Notes under the pieces: generated by a model
Told to the model about the DNA's origin: nothing
Databases searched by the model: none
Seen by the model: only the letters and a program-made list of their open reading frames with translations
Made by a program: the position numbers and the translations under genes
Source: a virus
Reading direction: 5' to 3' (one strand)
Virus record (IMG/VR): IMGVR_UViG_3300033145_001087
Location: 1 to 64,000 of that record
DNA: 64,000 bases
Shown: positions 9,033 through 17,076 of the stretch, in pieces
Numbering within the stretch: the first letter of the stretch is position 1
Layout of the letters: each line of letters opens with the position of its first letter

Positions 9033-9725
9033 ATGGCAAATAAACTAAACTTGAGTAGGCAAACAAAGATAGTTCCTTATGATAAAATAAACGAATATAC
9101 TTTTAAAGTGTTTGGAGTAGGAAGTATTGGTAGTAAGTTTGTTAGGGAGTTAGCTAAATCAGGAGCAATAAACATTGAAGTATTTGATATGGATATAGTA
9201 GAAGAGGAAAACATTGCCGCACAAGCATATGATTTTGAACATATAGGAAAGAATAAGGTAGATGCATTAGCGGAAATAGTTAAAAAAGGTTCTGGAATAG
9301 ATTTAATAACCGTTCACGGAACTGTCACAAAAGAGACAAAAATAACACCAGAGGCAAATACTATTTATTGTTGTTTTTTCGATAGTTTTGAAGGAAGACA
9401 ATTAATATTTGATAAGATAAAAACATTTCCAACCATTTTTATTGATGGAAGAATAGGTGGGTATAATAAAAGGCATTATCTTGTTGATTGTTCTATTAAG
9501 GAAGATGTAAAAGAATACGATAAAACTTTAAAGACCACAGCAGAAAGCGAATTAGCCTGTGGAGAAAAAGCCAATGCGGCTATAAACTCTATTATAGCAG
9601 GTGAAATTATTATGAATCTTATAACCTTTATCTTAAAAAAGGATTATATACAAACACATATAGGTAGTGTAATGGCACCTAATTCAAATATTAATGTCTT
9701 GAAATTAATAACGGCAACAGAGTGA
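9033..9725 (+). CDS. ThiF/MoeB-family E1 Ubl-activating enzyme
   Basis: SRQ, GVGSIG, DMDIVEEENIAAQ, GKNKVDAL, DSFEGR; candidate catalytic Cys in LACGEK. No Zn CxxC pairs. Confidence 0.9.
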   Translation: MANKLNLSRQTKIVPYDKINEYTFKVFGVGSIGSKFVRELAKSGAINIEVFDMDIVEEENIAAQAYDFEHIGKNKVDALAEIVKKGSGIDLITVHGTVTKETKITPEANTIYCCFFDSFEGRQLIFDKIKTFPTIFIDGRIGGYNKRHYLVDCSIKEDVKEYDKTLKTTAESELACGEKANAAINSIIAGEIIMNLITFILKKDYIQTHIGSVMAPNSNINVLKLITATE

Positions 9726-9742
9726 CGCCGGGTGATGTAACA

Positions 9743-10003
9743 ATGTGGGAGTTAAAATATAAGCCAGGAACTAAATTAAGGGTACTTACAGATAGGTATA
9801 CTGATGATAATGATAAAAGATACCCTTATATGCGTGTTAATAAAATAATAACAGTTACCTTATGTGTTCAACACAGTCTTGGGTATGATTTTAAAGAAGG
9901 CAGAAAAGGAACAGGATGGGTAAAGAGTTTTATAGAAGATTCAGAAAATTTTGCTGTTGTTCCGTCAAAAATAACGAATTGGAAACAAGAACTGGAGGAA
10001 TAA
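9743..10003 (+). CDS. SH3-like protein with TNW tag (#6), directly after E1
   Basis: LKYKPGTKLRV; ends KITNWKQELEE. ATG 9743 follows GGTGAT (alternative GTG at 9722). Confidence 0.8.
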   Translation: MWELKYKPGTKLRVLTDRYTDDNDKRYPYMRVNKIITVTLCVQHSLGYDFKEGRKGTGWVKSFIEDSENFAVVPSKITNWKQELEE

Positions 10004-10005
10004 AA

Positions 10006-10179
10006 ATGTGGATAATGTGGAAAATCAATAGGAAAACTAACATACCTGAGAGATTTGATGAAAGCAAAGATGATTCGGTGGAGGAAGATTGTAGGGTAAT
10101 GGAAAGAATGATAGAATTACAAGAGGATAGAGAACATATTTATGCTGTTAGGTTCAATCTGAAAAAAATAGGAGACTAA
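10006..10179 (+). CDS. hypothetical protein
   Basis: ATG 10006 follows GGAGG. Confidence 0.5.
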   Translation: MWIMWKINRKTNIPERFDESKDDSVEEDCRVMERMIELQEDREHIYAVRFNLKKIGD

Positions 10180-10180
10180 A

Positions 10181-10468
10181 ATGGGATTAGGCAAATTCAA
10201 ATGTTTAGATTGTAATGTTACTTTTATAGCCGACGATAGACAATGGCATATGGATTGGTGTCCTAAGTGTAAGAAAAACGCCGTTGATTTAGAGGTAGAG
10301 TATTGCAGGCTTATTGGTAATGTTAAAGGTGTTGAAGATTTTAAACCTAATCTTTTCGAGGACGAAAATGATTATCATAGTGCCCTACTTGGGTGGTTAA
10401 ATGATTCAGATGAAGAATATACTTTATATAAGATTGATAGACAATTAATATTAGAAAGGTTAAAATGA
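10181..10468 (+). CDS. Zn-ribbon protein
   Basis: CLDC...CPKC. Confidence 0.6.
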   Translation: MGLGKFKCLDCNVTFIADDRQWHMDWCPKCKKNAVDLEVEYCRLIGNVKGVEDFKPNLFEDENDYHSALLGWLNDSDEEYTLYKIDRQLILERLK

Positions 10469-10671
10469 GACCTAAAAATAGAATACCAAGAATCTTAGGT
10501 AAATTACAAACAATTTGGGAACTCTCCCCAGATTTAAGATTTTATCAGTTATTAATAGTATATGCAGGATTAGATATAATACATTTATCCTCACCTAGTG
10601 TAGTTTTCAATATTGAAGATGATAAATTAGAGGAAATGTTAGATAGAGTTATCAAAACTTTAAAGAAATAG
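10465..10671 (+). CDS. small phage protein (R..RI..IL..L...W...PDLR..QL family, DUF1040/YihD-like)
   Basis: MRPKNRIPRILGKLQTIWELSPDLRFYQLL. Confidence 0.55.
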   Translation: MRPKNRIPRILGKLQTIWELSPDLRFYQLLIVYAGLDIIHLSSPSVVFNIEDDKLEEMLDRVIKTLKK

Positions 10672-10681
10672 GGGGAACACA

Positions 10682-10930
10682 ATGACAGAATTCAATATTG
10701 GGGATAGAGTTAGAGTTAGACCTGACTCCACTTGTGACCAATGTGAAAAAAAGGTATGGAAAATTGTAGGCAAAGAGAATGGGGGAATGGGGGGTATAGA
10801 ATATCAAATCTCAGCTCCTTGTGGTTTATGTGCCCGAAAAGATTATTTTATACTAGTAAAAAAGAAAATTAAAAAGATTACAAATTGGAAAAAGGAGATA
10901 AAAAATGGAAGAACAAAAGGAAAAGAATAA
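10682..10930 (+). CDS. SH3/KOW-like protein with CxxC pairs and TNW tag (#7)
   Basis: FNIGDRVRVR, CDQC, CGLC, KITNWKKEIK. Confidence 0.8.
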   Translation: MTEFNIGDRVRVRPDSTCDQCEKKVWKIVGKENGGMGGIEYQISAPCGLCARKDYFILVKKKIKKITNWKKEIKNGRTKGKE

Positions 10931-11786
10931 ATTGGTCCCGCAATCTAGGATTTCACCTTCATCGGTGAATACCTGGTATAAATGCCCAAGAGAATACTTC
11001 TTTTCTTATATCTTAAAAAAGGATACGGGTACTAATATATATTTTATACAAGGAAGTATAATACATAAAGTTTTGGAAACTTTTTTCAAGACCTATAAAC
11101 CAAATGGTCGCAACCATATAATATATTTATTTAAAAAAAATTGGGGAAGTTATAAAAATAAATTATTAACATTAGAAATCCCACCAAAAAAAATCCACCA
11201 ACATAAAAAAGAGTCATTTATGCAGATATTACGATATTTTAATAAATTTAAAGATGTTAGTGATGGGCTTATTAAATTAGGTAAAGCAGAGAACGAACGA
11301 CACGCTTTTTATTTACTTAAACCCAAGATAAAAGAATTGTGGGTAGAGGATAAAGAATTACACTGTGGGGGATTTATAGATAGAATACATACAGATTATA
11401 ATAATCTTGTTACACTAGGAGATTATAAAACAGGTAATAGGTTTGGTATTGGTCTATCAAAAGATAATAGAAGGCAACTATCTATATATGCGTTGCTCTA
11501 TAAGAATCAAACTGGAATAACAGCCGACGCAGTGTCTATAATATTCCTTCGTTATGGCGAGGAACTCATTCTGGAAGTTACACCCTCGCTTCTTAAATAC
11601 GCTAGAGACACCATATTAAATGTATGGGATAAAACTCGTTCTACGGATATGTCTAATTACCCTGTCAAAGAGGGTAAATTATGTCGGTGGTGTAACTTCC
11701 AAAAAATTTGCTCTGGTGAAACGGAATGTAAAGAAAAGATAAGAAAAGAAAAAATGAAAAGGTTAATAAAGAAGGCAAAAAAATGA
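10905..11786 (+). CDS. Cas4/AddB-like PD-(D/E)xK nuclease with Fe-S cysteines
   Basis: ISPSS..WYKCP, G..IH, GFIDRI, DYKTG, QLSIYA, CRWCNFQKIC. Confidence 0.85.
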   Translation: MEEQKEKNKLVPQSRISPSSVNTWYKCPREYFFSYILKKDTGTNIYFIQGSIIHKVLETFFKTYKPNGRNHIIYLFKKNWGSYKNKLLTLEIPPKKIHQHKKESFMQILRYFNKFKDVSDGLIKLGKAENERHAFYLLKPKIKELWVEDKELHCGGFIDRIHTDYNNLVTLGDYKTGNRFGIGLSKDNRRQLSIYALLYKNQTGITADAVSIIFLRYGEELILEVTPSLLKYARDTILNVWDKTRSTDMSNYPVKEGKLCRWCNFQKICSGETECKEKIRKEKMKRLIKKAKK

Positions 11787-12043
11787 TTACTAAATTTATA
11801 TCTGGAAAGTATTATAGGTTAGCTAAAGAAGGATATGATATTGTTGAATGGAATGAAGCAGGTGCTATGAATTTCCTAAAAGATGAAAAACTTCATCTAT
11901 GTAAAGAAGGATATGAGATTCAAGCTAGTTTTTTTGACTCGCCTGAACCAAATAGATTATGGGTGTTTAGTAATGCTTTAGAATATTTTTATGAAACTTT
12001 GCCGAAAGTAACAAATTGGAAAGAAGAAATGAAAGGTTATTAA
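11783..12043 (+). CDS. small beta-rich protein with TNW tag (#8)
   Basis: KFISGKYYRL; ends KVTNWKEEMKGY. Confidence 0.8.
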   Translation: MITKFISGKYYRLAKEGYDIVEWNEAGAMNFLKDEKLHLCKEGYEIQASFFDSPEPNRLWVFSNALEYFYETLPKVTNWKEEMKGY

Positions 12044-12044
12044 A

Positions 12045-12329
12045 ATGGAAAAACTAAAAATTACGGATATTAAAATTCAAGATAGAATTATTGCCTATAA
12101 TGTCTCTAATGAAGAAAAGTATAGGGGAACCGTTTTAATAAAAAGACTAAATCATATTCAAATTAAGAGGGATGATGAAATGACGGGAGGAGGAAATGAA
12201 CTAAGGGGATACGGGACTTTATGGCGTTGTCCTAGACGAAGTAATGGTGACATAGACCCTGATTGTGGACATACAGGGTTTATGGTAAAAGAAACAGTCA
12301 CTAATTGGAGAAAGGAGATAGAAGATTAA
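12045..12329 (+). CDS. SH3-like protein with TNW tag (#9)
   Basis: IKIQDRII..YRGTV..IQIKRDD; ends TVTNWRKEIED. Confidence 0.8.
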   Translation: MEKLKITDIKIQDRIIAYNVSNEEKYRGTVLIKRLNHIQIKRDDEMTGGGNELRGYGTLWRCPRRSNGDIDPDCGHTGFMVKETVTNWRKEIED

Positions 12330-12349
12330 AGTTTAATCCTATTTAAAAA

Positions 12350-12364
12350 CAAAACATTTATAAA
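12350..12364 (+). promoter_or_regulatory. archaeal BRE-TATA promoter
   Basis: CAAAACA-TTTATAAA. Confidence 0.6.
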
Positions 12365-12416
12365 TAACTATTAATGGTTATTATCAATAAGATAAAAAGT
12401 TTATGGAGGATTCAAA

Positions 12417-12743
12417 ATGGAAGAAGAAAAATTTATATGTCCTGAATGTAAAACAATGATTACACAAGCCGAAATAACTGCTGAGGTAGAAAATGGCGGT
12501 ATGGGAATGTGTATGTGTAAGTATTGTATAACAGATAAAACAACGGGGGATGTTAATTACCTAAGAGAATATGTAGAATATGTTTCCTATCTGCCATATA
12601 GAAAAAATGAATTATATCAAAAAGCAAAAGCCCTTTATTTTGAAAAAGTTTTTAGTAAAAAAGGATGGAAACAAATGATAAAATTATTATCAAAAAAAGA
12701 ACAGGAGGAACTTAAATTTATAGAAAAGAGTGGAAAGGAGTGA
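12417..12743 (+). CDS. Zn-finger protein
   Basis: CPEC...CMC..C, SD GGAGG. Confidence 0.6.
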   Translation: MEEEKFICPECKTMITQAEITAEVENGGMGMCMCKYCITDKTTGDVNYLREYVEYVSYLPYRKNELYQKAKALYFEKVFSKKGWKQMIKLLSKKEQEELKFIEKSGKE

Positions 12744-12821
12744 AGTATATTGCCTCCCTCCGAATAAATATTTTTACTCCTTTCCACTTTTATTTTTATT
12801 AATTAAAACGAGGTAATAAAA

Positions 12822-13103
12822 ATGATTAAAAAACTAAAAGAACTATTCAAATCTAAACTTAAGGGATTTATTCCCAATATGGATGCACCTACGATTGAAA
12901 AAGAATTAATAATATTAGATATAGTTAGATATAGGAAGTGTCTTTTATTATATATAGATGATAAAGGACAACTAAAATATTTTGCCAATAGGTTTACAAA
13001 ATTTGAATTACCAGTTATAACCAGAATATCAGAACAAATGTTTTTTGAACAATTAGAACCTAAACAAAGAGAAGCCCCCCCTGATTTAAGTTATATTGCT
13101 TAG
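12822..13103 (+). CDS. hypothetical protein
   Basis: SD GAGGT, operonic position. Confidence 0.55.
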   Translation: MIKKLKELFKSKLKGFIPNMDAPTIEKELIILDIVRYRKCLLLYIDDKGQLKYFANRFTKFELPVITRISEQMFFEQLEPKQREAPPDLSYIA

Positions 13104-13132
13104 AATAAAAAGTTTACTACTGATACGCAAAC

Positions 13133-13153
13133 CAAAACATTTATATAGGAGAA
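13133..13153 (+). promoter_or_regulatory. BRE-TATA promoter of HNH gene
   Basis: CAAAACATTTATATAGGAGAA. Confidence 0.7.
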
Positions 13154-13182
13154 CATTCATTATATTACCTAAAGGTGGTATA

Positions 13183-13860
13183 ATGATAAACAATATTAAA
13201 TGTTATTGTGTGATATGTAATAAATTAATAGGAACATATTATCCTTCACAAACAAGGAAAACATGCAGTCTTACCTGTAAAAAAAAATTACATTCAAAAA
13301 ATAATACAGGAAAAGGTAACCCAAACTATAAGAACGGAAAAACAATAGAAAACCGATGTCAAAAGTGTAATTGTTTAATAGATAGTAGGTCGATACATTG
13401 TTATAAATGCAGAAATATAGTTACTCCCGGTTTCAAAGGTAAAAAACATACAAAACAAACAAAAAAATTAATAGGAAAAAAATCCAAAGCAAAATTTACA
13501 AAAGAATATAAAGAAAAAATTAGGGAAAAACATCGAGGAAAGAAAAAAAGGGCAATCAACGGATATATATTAATTAAAGATTATCAACATCCGAATAGAA
13601 ATGCTCAAAATGACGTATTAGAACATATAAAAATAATGAGTAGTTATATAGGAAGACCAATTAAAAAAGGAGAAGTAATACATCATATTAATATGGTAAG
13701 GAATGATAATAGAATTGAAAATTTATATCTTTCAACGAGGGGAAAACATATGAAAATACACGGAACACTTAATACATTAGTAAAAGATTTATTAAAAAAC
13801 AATATTATACATTTTAAAAATGGTAAGTATTTATTAAATCCCTTACGGAGGTGGTGTTAA
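13183..13860 (+). CDS. free-standing HNH homing endonuclease (Zn fingers + NUMOD3 + HNH)
   Basis: GKKHTKQTKKLI (NUMOD3), EVIHHINMVRNDNRIENL, H...H. ATG 13183 follows AGGTGG. Confidence 0.85.
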   Translation: MINNIKCYCVICNKLIGTYYPSQTRKTCSLTCKKKLHSKNNTGKGNPNYKNGKTIENRCQKCNCLIDSRSIHCYKCRNIVTPGFKGKKHTKQTKKLIGKKSKAKFTKEYKEKIREKHRGKKKRAINGYILIKDYQHPNRNAQNDVLEHIKIMSSYIGRPIKKGEVIHHINMVRNDNRIENLYLSTRGKHMKIHGTLNTLVKDLLKNNIIHFKNGKYLLNPLRRWC

Positions 13861-13861
13861 A

Positions 13862-14378
13862 ATGAGATATTGGTTCACCGCCGATACTCATTATTGAGTA
13901 TGGGCATAAAAATATAATAAAATATACTAATAGACCTTTTAAAAGTATAGAACATATGGACAAGGTATTAATACGTAACTGGAATGAACGAGTTAAGCCG
14001 GAAGATACCATTTTTCATTTAGGAGACTTTTGTTTTAAAGGGGGTGAAGAAGGAGGAAAAAAGATTGCCGCCTTCTATGAAAAACAACTTAATGGAAAAA
14101 TAATCCTTATTAAAGGAAACCACGACCATAATAATTCATCTAAAACAATTATAGAGGATGTTATTATTAAACACGGTGGTAAACATTTCCACTTAGTCCA
14201 CGACCCTAAAGACGCAGAAGGAGAATATAGTCTTTGTGGACATATTCATAAGAATTGGAAAAGTAAAAAAATAGGGGAAAATATTATTATAAATGTAGGA
14301 GTAGATGTGTGGGATTTTAGACCAATAACAATTCAAGAAATATTAGGAGAAATATCAAAAATAAAAAGAGGTACATAA
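13862..14378 (+). CDS. calcineurin-like metallophosphoesterase interrupted by a 7-nt gap (recoded or pseudogene)
   Basis: MRYWFTADTHY-stop, then GHKNIIKY...HLGDF...GNHD...HDP...GHIH in another frame. Confidence 0.8.
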
Positions 14379-14723
14379 AATGGGAGTATATTTTTATATC
14401 AAAGCAACCATTAAAGGTCAAATAAAATCATACGAAGAAAGTGGTATAGCAGCGGCAGAATTAAATTTAGTTGCTAAAAAATATGGGTTAGATATAGTAT
14501 TTGATAATGAGGAGGATTGAAAAATGGCAGGAAAACAAATAGAATTATTAACCGTTCCTTATTATGACCCTGATATGGAAGGAGTTAGGCGAGTAGCTAA
14601 TAAAAAATTCCTTATGTATCAAGAAAAAATTAAGGGAATCATTGAAACTTATAGTGACGGTAAATATATATTAGATACTTTAGGATTAAGATAATTAAAA
14701 TAAAAAACAAAAGGTGAGGTAAG

Positions 14724-15107
14724 ATGAATGAAACAAATTATAATTTTGCAATGTTTGGAAAAGAATATCTGGACAAAGCAATAGAAGGAATACAGATAAT
14801 GGCACCGAAAGCATTTTGGTACCTGCAATGGAAGTGCTGGATTGATGTTATAGGGTATCTTTTGTTACTTATAATAGGAACAATTTACATCCTAAAATTT
14901 AAAATGGTCTGGCAAATATTAGCAAAAAAAGTTGAAGAAGGGTCTTATGATGATGAAGGGTGGGTAATATTACAACTCTTTTCAGTAATAGTATTGACAA
15001 TAATTATTATTACTATGATTTGTATAATTAAACCGCTAGTAGTATCATTAACACCAATTTGTCCGATAGATAAAGCGATTGAAATAGGTAAATCATTATT
15101 ACCTTAA
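14724..15107 (+). CDS. membrane protein with two TM helices
   Basis: Two hydrophobic segments. Confidence 0.65.
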   Translation: MNETNYNFAMFGKEYLDKAIEGIQIMAPKAFWYLQWKCWIDVIGYLLLLIIGTIYILKFKMVWQILAKKVEEGSYDDEGWVILQLFSVIVLTIIIITMICIIKPLVVSLTPICPIDKAIEIGKSLLP

Positions 15108-15119
15108 AGGGTGAATACT

Positions 15120-15377
15120 ATGACTGAAAAGGAAGATGCTATAATAGAACAAATAGACAATGATGAACCAAATAAAGTAGCCGTTTTATTATACGATACA
15201 GAAGGAGAACAAATATTAACTACTGTTATAGATTTGACTACCCGGAATGACGCCGAATCAGAATATAATATCGTTGGTGAACTCATAGATGGGTCAGTTA
15301 GACTTAAATCAGATGAATCGGTAGAAGAATTTGATTATGAATCTTATACAGGAGTAGATATTGATGAAGATGAATAA
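15120..15377 (+). CDS. small highly acidic protein
   Basis: Very D/E-rich, SD GGTGA. Confidence 0.6.
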   Translation: MTEKEDAIIEQIDNDEPNKVAVLLYDTEGEQILTTVIDLTTRNDAESEYNIVGELIDGSVRLKSDESVEEFDYESYTGVDIDEDE

Positions 15378-15379
15378 TA

Positions 15380-15927
15380 ATATCCGCTAAACAACACTTG
15401 ATTTTGTAATAAGCTGATTCATATTGTCCGAAAGCATTTTCAAGTAAAACGACCAAATATTTCGTCAATCCTAAGAAAGGGCTTAATGAGGGTAAGGAAC
15501 TCAGAGGTGGGGCAACCCATCTTTTGGCTATTACTAACTAGTGGCATTATAATTTGGTTGCCTATTATGGCTTTAAAGACGTTGGGCGAACGATACAGGA
15601 GACACGAGGGTAACAAGTAAATCGTGGTTATCATAGGTTCACAACCTGTCGTGTCTTTTGATAATTACTTATTAAGCCGGGCTCTGTAAAACAATGATTG
15701 TATGTCATTTATCCAGATGGGTTTGAGTTTCCGTAACTGATAAGTAATTATCTTTTATACTAAACAAAATGCTAGACACCATTTGTAATCAAAGCATCCT
15801 TGGTAGAAATGCGACCTACCTCAAATAAAAATGCCAAATTTTTGTAAAGGAATAAAGGTACTTTTATTGAAAACAATCAGAGGATTGTAACTTTTGTTTG
15901 GTTAGGTGAGCAAAATTTGTATAGTAT
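15380..15927 (+). ncRNA. cluster of putative structured RNAs upstream of the tRNAs
   Basis: No credible ORF. GCAA-tetraloop hairpin at 15503-15524, tRNA-like acceptor/T-arm unit at 15600-15656, 15-bp closing stem 15660-15674/15738-15752. Confidence 0.45.
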
Positions 15928-15929
15928 GG

Positions 15930-16004
15930 GGGGTATTGGTGTAGTTTGGTCTATCACCCGGCGTTTGGAACGCCGTAACAAAGGTTCAAATCCTTTATAC
16001 TCCA
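15930..16004 (+). tRNA. tRNA-Pro(TGG), CCA not encoded
   Basis: Acceptor GGGGTAT/ATACTCC, anticodon arm CGGCG-TTTGGAA-CGCCG, T arm AAAGG-TTCAAAT-CCTTT. Confidence 0.9.
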
Positions 16005-16024
16005 TTTTATTCAACTATTAAAAT

Positions 16025-16097
16025 GGGGTAATGGGGTTAATGGCTAACCTAACGGTCTCCAAAACCGAAGATGCAGGTTCGACTCCTGCTTACCCCA
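16025..16097 (+). tRNA. tRNA-Trp(CCA), 3' CCA not encoded
   Basis: Acceptor GGGGTAA/TTACCCC, anticodon arm CGGT-CTCCAAA-ACCG, T arm GCAGG-TTCGACT-CCTGC. Confidence 0.9.
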
Positions 16098-16120
16098 CAT
16101 ATATATTGGAGGTAAATAAA

Positions 16121-16366
16121 ATGACATTAAAAGACTATGATATGGTAGAAACTAAAGATGGGTATATTTGTGTGCCTATTACCGCATTATTTAAACATTT
16201 AGCAACTTCAAAGGCTATTTTAACAAAACAAAAACAGGATACCGCAGTGATAAATGCTCTTTTAGAGTTTTATAAAAACATATATAGAAAGTTTTTAATA
16301 GATAAAGAAATAAAAAAAAGGGGTATAGAAGATGGAAAAAGTAAACTTCCTGAAAGCACATTGTAA
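16121..16366 (+). CDS. hypothetical protein
   Basis: ATG 16121 follows GGAGGT. The track's longer start overlaps tRNA-Trp. Confidence 0.55.
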   Translation: MTLKDYDMVETKDGYICVPITALFKHLATSKAILTKQKQDTAVINALLEFYKNIYRKFLIDKEIKKRGIEDGKSKLPESTL

Positions 16367-16967
16367 ATTTGAATCGGACTATGATGTTTATGTCCTATTA
16401 GCAGTAGCTAGGAAAAAAGACCACCCTGAACTTACCAATTCAAAAGAAATAGTATTCCGTGAAGTAATTAGGAAAGAAGAAGATATAGTTAGAAAATATA
16501 ATAAACTTAACTCGGCTATTAAAAACTATACTGATGAAGAAGGAAATAAATTTTCATTTTATATTTATATAACTATGAATCCAAGGAACTCTAAAAAAGC
16601 CTTTTTTTGTTTACAGAATCAAATTAATACTATGATATCCGAATCATTAAATGGTATAGATAACAGCAAAAAATTCAAAAGAATAGATAATATGTGGACA
16701 TCCGCTTTAATGAGCCCTAAAAGTAGAAGTGGTAGAGGGGTATTTCTTATAGATTTAGATTCCAAAAACCCCGATACATATAAACAAGTAATAACCCTTG
16801 TTAAAAAATTCACAGACCCTATTATAGATACAGAAACTAAAAATGGGTTTCATATATTAGTTAAACCATTTAATTACTCTTTAATACATACTGAACTTAA
16901 ATGTTTAAAGGCAGAAATAAAAACAGATAGTTTATTATTTGTAGATTATATAAAGGGAAGAAAATGA
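16332..16967 (+). CDS. AEP-superfamily (primase/polymerase-like) protein
   Basis: FLIDLD and ETKNGFHIL motifs. Confidence 0.55.
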   Translation: MEKVNFLKAHCKFESDYDVYVLLAVARKKDHPELTNSKEIVFREVIRKEEDIVRKYNKLNSAIKNYTDEEGNKFSFYIYITMNPRNSKKAFFCLQNQINTMISESLNGIDNSKKFKRIDNMWTSALMSPKSRSGRGVFLIDLDSKNPDTYKQVITLVKKFTDPIIDTETKNGFHILVKPFNYSLIHTELKCLKAEIKTDSLLFVDYIKGRK

Positions 16968-17076
16968 TATGTCCTGATTGTGGGTGTTCATTATTTAAAG
17001 GAGACGAAGATTATTCAGAATGTCTTTTTTGCGGTAAAACAATTTATAAAGAAGAAAAAAAATTAGGATTAGACAA

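Noticed and set aside
9033-9725. ThiF as a thiamine or molybdopterin biosynthesis gene
   Set aside because: No thiG, moaE or cysteine desulfurase is nearby. Its neighbours are E2-like, JAB and Ubl genes.
10905-11786. Cas4-like gene as part of a CRISPR-Cas locus
   Set aside because: No array or other cas genes are seen, and solo Cas4-like nucleases are common in archaeal viruses.
13892-13901. TGA reassignment or readthrough in the phosphoesterase
   Set aside because: Readthrough stays in the wrong frame and meets TAA three codons later. TGA is a normal stop in many genes here, and the tRNA-Trp has a CCA anticodon.
16031-16120. N-terminal 30 aa of track ORF 16031..16366
   Set aside because: It overlaps tRNA-Trp. 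The SD-supported start is 16121.
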